Notes: generated by a model from the sequence alone, not told the origin. Positions 10,335 to 20,602 are shown, numbered from the stretch's first letter. The stretch is 64,000 bases of DNA from Chthoniobacterales bacterium (GCA_036824855.1 DAISZK010000003.1:5933-69932); one strand, 5' to 3'. Numbers and translations: made by a program.

Positions 10335-12590
10335 TTGCCCCCTATGCCCTCGTTTGTTCGCATTCTAATCGATCGCTCTGAGGGGAGAAAATTGGATTAC
10401 TCGGTTCCGGAGGAATTGAAGGGGCAGATCACGATCGGTTCTCGCGTGATCGTGATGGTGCGAAACCGCCGCGCTGTGGGAACCGTTTTGGAGTTGTTGG
10501 AGCACTCTGATGTTCCAGGGATTCGTCCTCTGATGTCCTTGGTTGGGGAAGAGACAAGCCTGCCCCAAACCATGCTGAAGCTGGCCCACTGGATGGCTGA
10601 TTATTACTGCGCCCCGATCGCCTCCGTCATGCGTTCCATGCTCCCTCCGATGATGAGAGGCGAGACCATTGCGGGAAGGAAAGTTCGAATGGTTTCACTC
10701 GCTCGACGGATTGAGCCGGAAGAATTGCAACGAATAGAAAAGAGTGCTCCCAAGCAAGGTGCGATCCTTAAGCATCTCGAGATGTTTCCTGAACCGATTG
10801 CCTCGCAAGAATTGTTGAATCGATGTGCAGCTTCTGAGTCCTCGCTCAAAGCTCTGATGGGGGCTGGATTGGTTCGAATCCTTCTTGAACGCAGGACGGG
10901 TGCGCAATCTGAAGCTGAGGAAATCCTTCCCGGAAAAATCCCAAAGCTGAATGCGGATCAACAACTGGTTGTCGGGAGACTTGAGCAGGCATTGGATAAT
11001 CTGGCTGCAGGCTCAACGGCACCGTCGCCTTACCTGCTGCATGGAGTTACCGGCAGTGGGAAAACGGAAGTTTATCTCCGGGCTCTTGCCCGCGCTCTTG
11101 AATCCGGAAAGAGCGGTCTGGTGCTTGTACCCGAGATTGCTCTAACCCCTCAGACTGTGGAGCGTTTTCGATCCCGCTTTGACCATGCCGGTAAAGCAGG
11201 AGCCGGCGTCGCGGTTCTTCACAGCCACCTGACCGATGCCGAGCGACGTGAGGAGTGGATGCGTCTTCAGCGTGGCGATGCTCGTATTGCCATCGGGGCT
11301 CGTAGTGCGGTCTTCGCTCCTCTTCGGAATCTTGGAATTATCATCGTGGATGAGGAGCACGAAAACACCTACAAGCAGGAGGAAACGCCACGGTACCATG
11401 CCCGGGATGTCGCCGTCATGAGGGGACGGGTCGAAGGGGCCCTTGTTATTCTTGGGAGCGCCACGCCATCGGTGGAAAGCTTTCAGAATGTCCAATGCGG
11501 GAAGTACGCCTTGCTTGAGCTTCCGCGCCGTGCCGATGGTCAACTCATGCCCCTGATCCGAGTGGTTGATTTGAGGCTCCAAGGAAAACGAGCAAAGTCC
11601 GAGGGAGGACTCTCCGCCCCTCTGCAAATGGCCATGACCAAGCGTCTCGAGGCTGGTCAGCAGACCATTCTCTTCCTGAATAGGCGCGGTTACTCAACCT
11701 CGCTGCTCTGCGAGCAGTGCGGTCATGTCTGCCGCTGTCCGAACTGCAGTCTCTCCCTGACACTTCACCGCGCGGAAAACCGTCTGGCATGTCATCTCTG
11801 CGGTCATGCTTCAAAGCCACCCGAGCGCTGTCCCGAATGCAGAGATCCTGGAATCCAGCATTCCGGCATCGGCACTCAACGAGTCGAAGAGACGATCAGA
11901 CGGCTTTTTCCCAAGGCCCGCTTGGCACGGATGGATGCCGATACCATGTCTCGCCGGGGATCTTATGACGAAGTACTGGGAAAATTTCGATCCCGCCAGA
12001 TCGACATCCTGCTGGGCACACAGATGATCGCGAAGGGCCTGGATTTCCCGAACGTCACACTCGTGGGAATCATCAATGCCGACATCGGCCTTCACTCTCC
12101 CGATTTTCGTGCAGGGGAACGGACTTTCCAACTCCTCACCCAGGTTGCGGGTCGTGCAGGGCGAGGAGATACCGAGGGGGAGGTGATCGTCCAGACATTC
12201 TCTCCAGCAAGTCCCTCGATTCAGCATGCGAGGCATCACGATTACGCCGGTTTTTTTGAGCAGGAGATCTCTTTTCGGGAGGCCTTCAAGCATCCACCCT
12301 TCACCCGAATGGTTCTGGTTCAGGTTCGCGGGGTCTCGCTTGAACGAACAAACCGCTCCGCAAGCCTCATCGCTGCGGCTTTCCATGCGAAGTCTCCCGC
12401 CTCGGTCGAAGTTTCGGAGGCTGCGGCGGCCCCTTTAGAGAGAGCTCATGGGCAGTATCGTTTTCATGTCACACTGAAGGCAAAATCAGGCGTTCTGTTG
12501 GCTAGGCTTGTCCGTGAGGTCACCTCGGAATTGAAGCTTCCCGAAGGGGTCATTATGACCATCGATGTCGATCCCTACTCCCTAATGTAG
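10335..12590 (+). CDS. priA: Primosomal protein N' (replication restart helicase PriA)
   Basis: 751-aa ORF with Walker A GVTGSGKTEVY, a DEEH box (IIIVDEEHE) and a Cys-rich zinc region CEQCGHVCRCPNCSLSLTLH...CHLCGH...CPEC. The track start is TTG; ATG at 10344 is an alternative. Confidence 0.9.
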   Translation: MPPMPSFVRILIDRSEGRKLDYSVPEELKGQITIGSRVIVMVRNRRAVGTVLELLEHSDVPGIRPLMSLVGEETSLPQTMLKLAHWMADYYCAPIASVMRSMLPPMMRGETIAGRKVRMVSLARRIEPEELQRIEKSAPKQGAILKHLEMFPEPIASQELLNRCAASESSLKALMGAGLVRILLERRTGAQSEAEEILPGKIPKLNADQQLVVGRLEQALDNLAAGSTAPSPYLLHGVTGSGKTEVYLRALARALESGKSGLVLVPEIALTPQTVERFRSRFDHAGKAGAGVAVLHSHLTDAERREEWMRLQRGDARIAIGARSAVFAPLRNLGIIIVDEEHENTYKQEETPRYHARDVAVMRGRVEGALVILGSATPSVESFQNVQCGKYALLELPRRADGQLMPLIRVVDLRLQGKRAKSEGGLSAPLQMAMTKRLEAGQQTILFLNRRGYSTSLLCEQCGHVCRCPNCSLSLTLHRAENRLACHLCGHASKPPERCPECRDPGIQHSGIGTQRVEETIRRLFPKARLARMDADTMSRRGSYDEVLGKFRSRQIDILLGTQMIAKGLDFPNVTLVGIINADIGLHSPDFRAGERTFQLLTQVAGRAGRGDTEGEVIVQTFSPASPSIQHARHHDYAGFFEQEISFREAFKHPPFTRMVLVQVRGVSLERTNRSASLIAAAFHAKSPASVEVSEAAAAPLERAHGQYRFHVTLKAKSGVLLARLVREVTSELKLPEGVIMTIDVDPYSLM

Positions 12591-12635
12591 GCGCGCTCTT
12601 CCCCTGCTTTACAAGAGGCGCCGCAATCCAGAAGG

Positions 12636-15119
12636 TTGAGTGTGATGAGCAATCCTGAACCAACGATTATCTCTCGCTTGAGGAGGAGGGAAGTTTTGGA
12701 TCGTCATACTTTCCAAGGGAAGCTGGATCATTTGCTCCGATATGTTGCCGCATCGTTGTTTGGATTCCTCTTCTGTTGCCTACTTATTGGAATTCCGATC
12801 CTGCTGATTATCACCTCCACCTATGGACTTGGTGACTCTATTCGCACGAAGGCTGAAGTGCTTCTTGGAGGCAAATTCTACAAGGTCAGTGTCGGGCGTG
12901 TTCTTTTCAGCCCTACCCGGGGCTTTATTCTGGATCGCCTTGAGATTCACGATCTAACGCCGTCTCAACGATTGATCGTTTCCGCAAATAGGATCGCCGT
13001 TTCTGTGAATATGGATTCACTCTTGCGACGCACCCCCCGTCTAGAGCGGATCTTTCTTCGTGATGCGACCCTTGATATTCCTCTTGGCCCCTCCGAGGAG
13101 CCTCGCCTGAGACTTGATCATGTCCGAGGTCTCATTATCTGCCCGCCCTCACAGTTTAGATTGAGTTCAGCCACCTTTGAGATCGCCGGGGTGAAGGTCA
13201 GTGTCTCGGGATCCTTCCTGAATCCGCAAAAGTTCTCTCCCAAGCCGGTCTCTTCGGAAGGGCCGGGTAAGACAGCTCAGACCATCGAGTCCATTCAACG
13301 GGAGTTGCTGTCAATTCACTGGAGCGAAGGGAAGCCGATTCTCTCCATTCAGGCAGGAGGTGATCTGAGTGATTCCGAGAGCCTGCGGGTGGATCGTGCG
13401 GAGTTGCAAGCGGGACCTGGAGAGTGGCATGGCGTCACCTTCAGGCATATCGCTCTGGCGCTTCATTATCAGCAGAGGAAATTGACCTTGGACCGGCTGG
13501 TGACGGATGACGGATCAGGAATATTTCAGGCTGCTGGGAAAGCAGATTTCCTTCAAAAAAATTCCTTCTTAGAATTTTCGGGAGCACTGAGAGGGGGGGT
13601 GATCCCATCTCTGCTCTTATCTCCCGCAAAAGCGAGTGATTGGACCTGTCGGGACTCGCTGCACCTCGAAGGGAATATGTCTGCTGATTGGCTTTCAGGG
13701 AAACCGGTTCTCGGCGGGATTGCGCGATTCGATACCGGGCATCTTGGCTATCGCGGCGTGATGTTCGAGACGCTCTCGGCGGGGGTAGCGATACACGAGG
13801 GAAAGTTTCTTGTTCGGGATTTTCACGCCTCAGGCGAAGCTGGGACGATCGACGCCGATCTCATGGTTGCACCTGGTGATAACCGCTTGCGCCTTAGAGC
13901 TGCACTCTTCCCCTCAAAGTTTGCGCCAATGACCGGAGGCAAAACCCAGGAGGCACTCGAGGTGATGGATTTCAAGGACCCCTTGCAGATCAGCTTTGAG
14001 GGAGGAGCTCCTGTTCTTGATCCCCTACAACTCCATGGAGATGGGACTCTTAACCTTGGAAAAGCAGCTATGAGAGGTGCTTGGATCGATGGGCTGAGTG
14101 CAAAAATTAGAGCATCCGGCGGCGCTGTTACCTTCCGAGATATCGTGGTAAAAATAGGAGATGGTTTCGGCCGGGGTGAGTTCGTCTATGATTACAAGAA
14201 CTGGGAGGGGCTCTTTCCGAAAGTGCAGTCAACGCTTGATCCCGTCAAAATGATGACCTGGATCGATCCACGTATTGCCGAGACGCTTACGGCTTATCGC
14301 TTTGTCAAAGCTCCGAATGTCCGACTCACGGGAAAAGTGGGATTGCGTGATCCCGAAAAAAACGACCTGCAAATCGAACTTAATGCCCCCGCTGGACTCG
14401 GATACACCTTGATCGGTAAAGATCTCCCCTTCGGTGCAACTTCCGGCACAGTCCATCTGAAGGGACAGAAGCTCCAGATCGACCTTCCTCAGTCACACCT
14501 CTTCGGTGGGGATGTCGCCTTGAAGGCCGATGTTTCTGTCCTGCCGCGGGATCCCCGTTACGGGGCATCAGTGCACCTTGAGAATGTTGACTTCAAGACG
14601 CTCACCAAACTCTATTTCGACTACAACGAGTCGAGCGGGAAACTTACCGGAGATTATGCGTTCCGAGCGGTTGGTGGGAATGACCGGGCGATGTCCGGGA
14701 AGGGGAACCTCCTGATCCGCGATGGCAATGTGCTCGCGATGCCGATTCTTGGCCCCCTCTCTCTCCTGCTCAATGATGTGATTCCCGGTTTGGGCTACCA
14801 ATCTGCAAAAAAAGCCACGGCTGATTTCACCGTCGACGATGGAGTCATCACGACTCGTGATATGCTAATCCAAGGTACGGGTTTCAATATGATAGGGCAT
14901 GGCAACATCCATTACCTTGATGACAGCATGGACATGAGTATCAGGCTCAATGCCCAGGGGATCCCGGGACTTGCGACTTTCCTGATCAGCAAAATCTTCG
15001 AGTACGAGTCGACGGGATCAGCCAAGCATCCGAAGTGGCGACCAAAGCTCCTTCCGAAGGGAAATAGTGCGCCAAAGGCAACTCCCCAGCCTACGCCCGC
15101 TGCCACGCCTGCAAAGTAA
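12636..15119 (+). CDS. AsmA/TamB-like large envelope protein
   Basis: 827-aa ORF with an N-terminal TM anchor (FGFLFCCLLIGIPILLIITS) and a long beta-rich body. The C-terminal region resembles AsmA-like C-termini (..IQGTGFNMIGHGNIHYLDDSMDMSIRLN..STGSAKHPKWRP). The call rests on overall architecture only. Confidence 0.55.
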   Translation: MSVMSNPEPTIISRLRRREVLDRHTFQGKLDHLLRYVAASLFGFLFCCLLIGIPILLIITSTYGLGDSIRTKAEVLLGGKFYKVSVGRVLFSPTRGFILDRLEIHDLTPSQRLIVSANRIAVSVNMDSLLRRTPRLERIFLRDATLDIPLGPSEEPRLRLDHVRGLIICPPSQFRLSSATFEIAGVKVSVSGSFLNPQKFSPKPVSSEGPGKTAQTIESIQRELLSIHWSEGKPILSIQAGGDLSDSESLRVDRAELQAGPGEWHGVTFRHIALALHYQQRKLTLDRLVTDDGSGIFQAAGKADFLQKNSFLEFSGALRGGVIPSLLLSPAKASDWTCRDSLHLEGNMSADWLSGKPVLGGIARFDTGHLGYRGVMFETLSAGVAIHEGKFLVRDFHASGEAGTIDADLMVAPGDNRLRLRAALFPSKFAPMTGGKTQEALEVMDFKDPLQISFEGGAPVLDPLQLHGDGTLNLGKAAMRGAWIDGLSAKIRASGGAVTFRDIVVKIGDGFGRGEFVYDYKNWEGLFPKVQSTLDPVKMMTWIDPRIAETLTAYRFVKAPNVRLTGKVGLRDPEKNDLQIELNAPAGLGYTLIGKDLPFGATSGTVHLKGQKLQIDLPQSHLFGGDVALKADVSVLPRDPRYGASVHLENVDFKTLTKLYFDYNESSGKLTGDYAFRAVGGNDRAMSGKGNLLIRDGNVLAMPILGPLSLLLNDVIPGLGYQSAKKATADFTVDDGVITTRDMLIQGTGFNMIGHGNIHYLDDSMDMSIRLNAQGIPGLATFLISKIFEYESTGSAKHPKWRPKLLPKGNSAPKATPQPTPAATPAK

Positions 15120-15126
15120 TTGGCTT

Positions 15127-15849
15127 TCAAGGCACAATCAGATCGATCCAGAGTGCTTGACGTGTGACGGGAAAGCGGGCGTGCCTGAATTGCTTCCACC
15201 CGGCTTGAGTGGCTAACGAGTGAAATTCGTGGAAGGAGAAAGCCCGGCGTATCGACATGCGCGCATCGTGTTTCGTCATTGGTTCCCTCAGCAAGAGTGC
15301 CGTCAAGAGCCAGATGCCAAAAGCACCAAGGAGATTACGCTCCAGATCGGCTATCAGCAGATGATGGGAGGAGAGTCGTCGGGCATTGATCATCACAAGA
15401 ATCGCATCCTTGTCGCTAAAGTGATGGAGCGCCAAGGAACAGAGCACCAGTTCCCACGAACCTGAGCCCCAATTCCGAATGTCTCCCTGATGAAAGGTGA
15501 TCTCGGGAAAGTCTCTGCTCCTTTTACGGGCCACAGAGAGAGTTGCCTCATTGCTATCAATAGCATCAATGGTCACAGGAATACCCCGCTTGCGACACCA
15601 GAGGACTAATTGCCTGGGAAGGTCTCCTTCCCCGGTTGCGAGATCCAAAACCCGGAGCGGTGTTTCCTTGCGAGGGCGATTCAAAAACCAGCGTTTCAAA
15701 AACCGATAAAGGATCGAGTAGGCGCCAAAGTGACGATTGAGCCATCGCAGATTGGCGAGGTCACGTTCTAACTCCGCCGAGGGTTTCCCGTTTTCGAGGA
15801 CGGCCAGATCCATCAGTTCGGAAATTTCTGGATCGAATTCCCTCTTCAT
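15127..15849 (-). CDS. Class I SAM-dependent methyltransferase
   Basis: 240-aa ORF with motif I VLDLATGEGDL and post-I/II blocks. Its start overlaps the pgeF stop by 1 nt (TGATG), implying an operon. Confidence 0.7.
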   Translation of the reverse strand: MKREFDPEISELMDLAVLENGKPSAELERDLANLRWLNRHFGAYSILYRFLKRWFLNRPRKETPLRVLDLATGEGDLPRQLVLWCRKRGIPVTIDAIDSNEATLSVARKRSRDFPEITFHQGDIRNWGSGSWELVLCSLALHHFSDKDAILVMINARRLSSHHLLIADLERNLLGAFGIWLLTALLLREPMTKHDARMSIRRAFSFHEFHSLATQAGWKQFRHARFPVTRQALWIDLIVP

Positions 15850-16505
15850 CAGGGAATAAGGGTAAGGGTTGCAAGCATACGTCCGGTCAGTCCTTTTTCC
15901 CTTCGATAGGAGTAGTAGAGTTCGGGATGACAGGCGGTGCAGAGCTCACTGTTGTGAATCTCTAGGACGCCGCATTCACGTGCCTGCTCCTGAATCCTCG
16001 CCCCAAAATCAATCTCATAGCACGGGGGACGGATGCAGGGGCCAATGACCACGCTGAGATCCTGACAATCAAGATCGGTGACTTTCAGGAGTTTCTCAAT
16101 TGCGAGAGGGACAATTCCAAGTTCGGTTCCCTTTTTTCCGGAGTGGACGAGTGCCCCCGCAGATCCATCGCGGGCCACGATCCAGACTGGTGCGCAGTCC
16201 GCTATATAAATTCCGAGAGTGAGACCCCGTGTGCAAGTGATGAGGGCGTCCATCCCCCGAATCGCAGAAGTTGTAGCCACGGTGACTATGGCGATCTCCT
16301 TTCCATGGATCTGTTCGGCGGTGACCAGAGGGAAGTTCTCAAGACCTTCTTGTTCAAGGATGCGTTGATGTTGGGGAGCCAACAGTGTCATGGCCTCGGC
16401 ACGCTCCAGGGCCAAAGGTAGACCCGGAATGCGGCCTATAAAATACGCCGCGATCCGGGGAATTCCCTCAAGAGCCTGAACAGACTCGATGGGAGTTCTG
16501 TTCAA
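15849..16505 (-). CDS. pgeF: Laccase-domain protein / peptidoglycan editing factor (YfiH/PgeF, DUF152)
   Basis: 218-aa ORF with family blocks QIHG, DALIT, ADCAPV, HSGKKGT and a C-terminal CTACHPELYYSYRR. Confidence 0.8.
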   Translation of the reverse strand: MNRTPIESVQALEGIPRIAAYFIGRIPGLPLALERAEAMTLLAPQHQRILEQEGLENFPLVTAEQIHGKEIAIVTVATTSAIRGMDALITCTRGLTLGIYIADCAPVWIVARDGSAGALVHSGKKGTELGIVPLAIEKLLKVTDLDCQDLSVVIGPCIRPPCYEIDFGARIQEQARECGVLEIHNSELCTACHPELYYSYRREKGLTGRMLATLTLIP

Positions 16506-16516
16506 AGTCGGAAGAA

Positions 16517-18577
16517 TTAGTCGGTTGCCTTCGAGGGACTCTTCTCTTGCTTTCTGACCGTGGAACTCTTGATCAAATCGTTAAAATTATCAGAAGGAGG
16601 AAGTGGGTCATCCTTGCGGAGTGCACGAGGAAGTTCGGGGCGCTTTTTATGTTCGTCGTTGATATCCTGGTAGCGCTTCTTCTCCCATTTGTTCATCGGA
16701 TCATTGAAGAACTCCTCGTACTGAGTATTGAGCGAGAGGGCCTGATCATACTGTGCCAGTCCCTGGATGTAGCTATAGTAGGCGTTGAGTACGGAAGTCT
16801 GGGCCTGAAGAAGCTGAACCTGTGCATTGATCACGTCGAGTTGGACGCCGGCGCCAGCATCAAGTCGCTCACGCGAGAGACGCAGTGCCTCAACCGCCTG
16901 CTCGACGGTCGCCTTCTGGCTGTCGATGGTTTCGCTGGCTTGTTTGAGATTCGAGATTGCCTGCTGGACTTGCAGGATGACTTGGCGGACGCCGTTATCA
17001 TACGCGACCTTGTAGTTCATCATCGTCGCTTTTGCAGACTTCACATTTCCGTAGGTGGCAAGGCCGTCGAAGATGGCCCAGTTTCCACTTGCCCCCACAA
17101 ACCATCCCTGAAGAGTGTCCTCGATGTTTCTTCCTTGGTAACCCTCGTATTGACGCCCTCCATTGGCATTGATCGTTGGAAGCCAACCAGCGATGGCTGC
17201 GGTGATCTGGCGCGCTGCAACAAGGATGTTCATGCGCTGGGCCTTGAGTTGTGGATTGCGAACCAGCGCTGTGTGGATCGAGGCGTTGCTGTCGATCTTG
17301 CGGGGTGTGTAATCGAGGTTTCCGACGACATCGAAGGGGATCTCGATGTTCTGAATGTTCGGATAGTTGAGGCCGATCGTGGTCACCAGGGTGAAGAGGG
17401 CGATCCGCAGGTTGTTCTTTGCCTGAATGAGCGGAGGTTCGGCATTCGCCAACTGGACCTGTGCCTGAAGCACGTTGAACCGGGGGACTGTTCCTGCGTC
17501 GTAGCGGCTCTGCTGGTCCGTGACCTGGGTCTGATAGAGCGCTACCTGCTGTTCGTTGGCGATCACGAGAGCGCGGTCAAGGACGACTTGGTAGAACTGC
17601 TGGATGACCGTTGCGATCGTGGCATCAATCGTCTGACGCAGTTGGAAGTAGGCAATCTGTTCGGAGAGCTTGGCGGCCGCAGTGAGCGAAGGGGTCTTCC
17701 AGCCATCGAAAAGAAGCTGGGTGCCCTGAAGCTGAATATTCCATTGCGAGAAGGCTTGCTCCGTCCGCTTTCCATTTGAGATTTGGTTTACTCCTTGGTT
17801 CACGGTTCCGTAGCTGTACTGGTAAGCATTGGGGGCTGAGATGCCGAACTGGGGAAGAAGGCCCGCGCGAACCGTGATGTAGTTTCCGGAAGCCTGACGA
17901 ATCGAAGCAATGTTTGTGAGGATCTGGGGATTTTTCTCCAGAGTGAGTTGCACACAGTCATCAATGGTCAGCTTGCGTGCATTCTTGGCGATTACTCCCG
18001 GGATCACGGCGTTCCCTGCCTTGGCAAGGGCCTCGGCGGTGAGGGGGATGTCCTTCACGCTGTTCTTAAGGCCGAAGGCATTTGTTCCTGCAGTCGGCAT
18101 TGTGATGGGGCCACCCGTGCTTGTTGGGAGAGGAGCCATCAAAGAGCTCGGGGTGATGGGATTGGTGATCAATGGAGCCTGGGGAAGATTGGGCGCCGTG
18201 ATTGTCGGGAGATTCGGGAGGGTATTGGTGCCTGCATTAAGGGTTTCTGGCGTTGTCGGAGGGTTTGAGGCCAAGGAGGGCATCACGGAGGCCCCAATGA
18301 CCGACTGGTCATTTGTCGAGGGGGCATTGCTGGCAAGCACGGGGGCATTGGTCGGAGCCTGTGCGTTCACCTGGGCGCCAACCGAAAGGCCAAGAAGTGA
18401 CTGGTCCGCCGCCAAGGGCTTGTTTGTTGCAACGATAGGATTGGTGCTCAGTGCCTGCAGGGCATCAATCGCTCCGGTTGCAATGCCCGATTCGGTGTCA
18501 TTGTTTGAAGAGGCCTTGGATGGATGCGCAACCGCAAGCAGGAAACTCGCGGCAAGAAGTGTGGTGAGTGTTTTCAT
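16517..18577 (-). CDS. TolC-family outer membrane efflux protein with a long low-complexity N-terminal extension
   Basis: The start is taken at MKTLTTLLAASFLLAVAHPSKA (signal peptide), giving 686 aa. The C-terminal ~450 aa shows the two-repeat OEP pattern (…LTLEKNPQIL…, …ALVRNPQLKAQ…, coiled alpha-barrel segments). About 190 aa of Ala/Pro/Thr/Asn-rich sequence precede it. Confidence 0.75.
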   Translation of the reverse strand: MKTLTTLLAASFLLAVAHPSKASSNNDTESGIATGAIDALQALSTNPIVATNKPLAADQSLLGLSVGAQVNAQAPTNAPVLASNAPSTNDQSVIGASVMPSLASNPPTTPETLNAGTNTLPNLPTITAPNLPQAPLITNPITPSSLMAPLPTSTGGPITMPTAGTNAFGLKNSVKDIPLTAEALAKAGNAVIPGVIAKNARKLTIDDCVQLTLEKNPQILTNIASIRQASGNYITVRAGLLPQFGISAPNAYQYSYGTVNQGVNQISNGKRTEQAFSQWNIQLQGTQLLFDGWKTPSLTAAAKLSEQIAYFQLRQTIDATIATVIQQFYQVVLDRALVIANEQQVALYQTQVTDQQSRYDAGTVPRFNVLQAQVQLANAEPPLIQAKNNLRIALFTLVTTIGLNYPNIQNIEIPFDVVGNLDYTPRKIDSNASIHTALVRNPQLKAQRMNILVAARQITAAIAGWLPTINANGGRQYEGYQGRNIEDTLQGWFVGASGNWAIFDGLATYGNVKSAKATMMNYKVAYDNGVRQVILQVQQAISNLKQASETIDSQKATVEQAVEALRLSRERLDAGAGVQLDVINAQVQLLQAQTSVLNAYYSYIQGLAQYDQALSLNTQYEEFFNDPMNKWEKKRYQDINDEHKKRPELPRALRKDDPLPPSDNFNDLIKSSTVRKQEKSPSKATD

Positions 18578-19074
18578 CGGTGGCAGGTGGTGCAGTAGTC
18601 GTTTATTTTTCTGTAAATGTCCAACCAAGCCCTTTGTTCCGTAGGCTCAAGACGTTCCATGACTTTTTCGAGGTTGGCTGCCATTTCTTGGCGGATTCCT
18701 TCCACAAGCCGGCTTCCTTTGGTGGTTGCTTGAACCAATACTTTCCTCCGGTCTTCCTTGTCCGCGGAGCGTTTAACGTAGCCCAGTTTTTCAAGACGCT
18801 GCACAAGCCCAGTCGCCGCAGGCATGCTGTGATCCATGAGTGTGGCAATACAGCTCATTCCGGAAGGGCCCTGGGTACAGAGATGTCCAAGCAGGAAAAA
18901 CTGGGGGAAGGAGACCTTTCCCCGGGATAGTTCTCCCATGAGGCTCGCCAAGAAACGGCGCTGCATCACCATGATGATCGAGGCAAGCGAATCCACCTCC
19001 TTTAAATTCAGAGGAGTGAGAGAGTGGTCTGTTGCGGGAGTCATGACGAGATGGGCATCACCTAGGAATTCCAA
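18574..19074 (-). CDS. MarR-family transcriptional regulator
   Basis: 166-aa ORF with a winged-HTH core (FPQFFLLGHL…MSCIATLMDHSMPAATGLVQRLEKLGYVKRSADKEDRRKVLVQATTKG). Its stop overlaps the tolC-like start in ATGA. Confidence 0.8.
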   Translation of the reverse strand: MEFLGDAHLVMTPATDHSLTPLNLKEVDSLASIIMVMQRRFLASLMGELSRGKVSFPQFFLLGHLCTQGPSGMSCIATLMDHSMPAATGLVQRLEKLGYVKRSADKEDRRKVLVQATTKGSRLVEGIRQEMAANLEKVMERLEPTEQRAWLDIYRKINDYCTTCHR

Positions 19075-19170
19075 AGAGTTCCTTAATGTGATTAAGGATT
19101 CCGATAGTGCTTGGAATTAGGGCTTAAAGTCAACTTCTTGCGCTCCCCTTTAACAGATGCTTTAAGGAAG

Positions 19171-19584
19171 CTATTGCCGCAAAAGGTCGCCGGGTTCTGG
19201 ATGGCCAGTTACTATTTCTGCGACAAAGTAAGGAGGGGTGATTTCGGCGACTTTCAGATGAGCGGTTTCCACGCCGGTGGCTGTGACCAGAAGAGATGCT
19301 CCTGTTGTGACCATGATTCCGGGCTCAAGCTCCGCGATGACATAACTTCCATCGTTTGAGATAGTCCTGATTGTGCCAACCGTGAGCAGTGCGATGGCTT
19401 TTGGTGGAAGAGGCTTGCGGGCGAACGGATGAAGAAGGGTAAGCGGGCCGCTCAACCATGCAAGTGACACCAGGCTCTTTGGTTGCGATGGTGAGCTCAC
19501 CGGAGGGCGTTTTGGATGCATGCATCCGCCAAAGAAAAAGAGGCAGCAGAGCGTAAGTAAAAGGCTAGTCGTTTTGAGGCGCAT
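19171..19584 (-). CDS. Hypothetical lipoprotein
   Basis: The start is taken at MRLKTTSLLLTLCCLFFFGGC, a signal peptide with a lipobox-like FGGC. No domain is recognised. Confidence 0.45.
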   Translation of the reverse strand: MRLKTTSLLLTLCCLFFFGGCMHPKRPPVSSPSQPKSLVSLAWLSGPLTLLHPFARKPLPPKAIALLTVGTIRTISNDGSYVIAELEPGIMVTTGASLLVTATGVETAHLKVAEITPPYFVAEIVTGHPEPGDLLRQ

Positions 19585-19690
19585 CTCCCTCTCATGCATG
19601 GAGGCTATCGGGAAATCAATCATCCATTGGGAGACCCGCTCCTGCTCAGACTTGCATGGAGCTCAATCCATCCCCATAAATCTTGTCGAC

Positions 19691-20566
19691 ATGCCTTCTT
19701 CCCCAATCGCCAAGTCTGCCACGTCCGGCAAAGTTGCCTACCTTGGACCCGAAGGTACTTTTTCCCACCTTGTGGCGCTCAGACGTTTTCCAAAACGTGC
19801 GGGACTTCCTGTGGCCACAATCACCGAGGTGTTTCATGCTGTCAGTTCCGGAAAGGCGCTGCTGGGGGTGGTGCCGATCGAGAACTCCTCGGGAGGAACC
19901 ATCACGGAGACGGTCGATCTGATTATCGAGCAGGTGGGCAGGATTTTTATTGCCGAGGAACTGGCCCTTGATGTGCGTCTCGCATTGCTGGGGCGCGCCG
20001 GAACAGCGTTTGGGAAGTTGAAGGCCGTTTATTCCCATGTGATGCCTCTCAGACATCACCGTGACTGGATTTTGGAAAACCTGCCGGGCGTTACCATGGT
20101 TGAGAGCCCGAGCACAGCGGAGGCAGCTAAGAGGGCGGCGCTTTCCGGTACCTCGGCCGCCTTGGCTGCCCCGGGGGCCGCGGAGGTGTATGGGCTTTCA
20201 ATCCTAAAGTTTCCTGTTCGCCCTGAGGCGGTGAATGTCACTCACTTCTTCGTGATCTCGGCCATGCCATCCGAAGCGCCGGAAGAGAAGCGGAGCAAGA
20301 CAGCAATCGTGGCCGCTCTTCCCCAGACGTCCGGCAGCCTGCATAGGTTTCTCGGCCCCTTTGCACGAGCAGGCGTGAATCTTTGCAGGATTGTCTCTCG
20401 TCCGGTCCCCGGACAGCCAGAGACGTATGTCTTTTATCTGGAGGTCGAGGGTTCAGCCGGGGATGCCAAAGTGAAAAAAGCCATTGCAGGGGCCCGTCGT
20501 CTTTCCGTGCGCCTCGAGTTGCCGGGATCGTATGTTACCAGACCTCGCTATCGGAGCGCGCGCTGA
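19691..20566 (+). CDS. pheA: Prephenate dehydratase
   Basis: The start is trimmed to ATG 19691 (MPSSPIAK..). The PDT domain begins VAYLGPEGTFSH. The C-terminal ACT domain reads TAIVAALPQTSGSLHRFLGPFARAGVNLCRIVSRP. Confidence 0.85.
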   Translation: MPSSPIAKSATSGKVAYLGPEGTFSHLVALRRFPKRAGLPVATITEVFHAVSSGKALLGVVPIENSSGGTITETVDLIIEQVGRIFIAEELALDVRLALLGRAGTAFGKLKAVYSHVMPLRHHRDWILENLPGVTMVESPSTAEAAKRAALSGTSAALAAPGAAEVYGLSILKFPVRPEAVNVTHFFVISAMPSEAPEEKRSKTAIVAALPQTSGSLHRFLGPFARAGVNLCRIVSRPVPGQPETYVFYLEVEGSAGDAKVKKAIAGARRLSVRLELPGSYVTRPRYRSAR

Positions 20567-20602
20567 CTTGCCTTTCGTTTTTAGATACACCAAACAGATA
20601 CT

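Noticed and set aside
16547-18644. Long plus-strand ORFs (410 aa at 16547..17779 and 244 aa at 17910..18644) opposite the tolC-like gene.
   Set aside because: They are antisense shadows. They have no motifs and are Arg/Leu/Gly/Asp-rich, with composition mirroring the codon bias of the real minus-strand gene.
19520-19690. 5' extensions of track ORFs: pheA 19520-19690, response regulator 25432-25611, aroG 35608-35685, rplU 37595-37687, P-II 62214-62276, rpsU 48543-48617, xseB 46038-46163, tolC 18578-18628.
   Set aside because: In each case the family-typical N-terminus begins at an internal ATG. The extension overlaps a neighbouring gene, a tRNA flank or a terminator hairpin.
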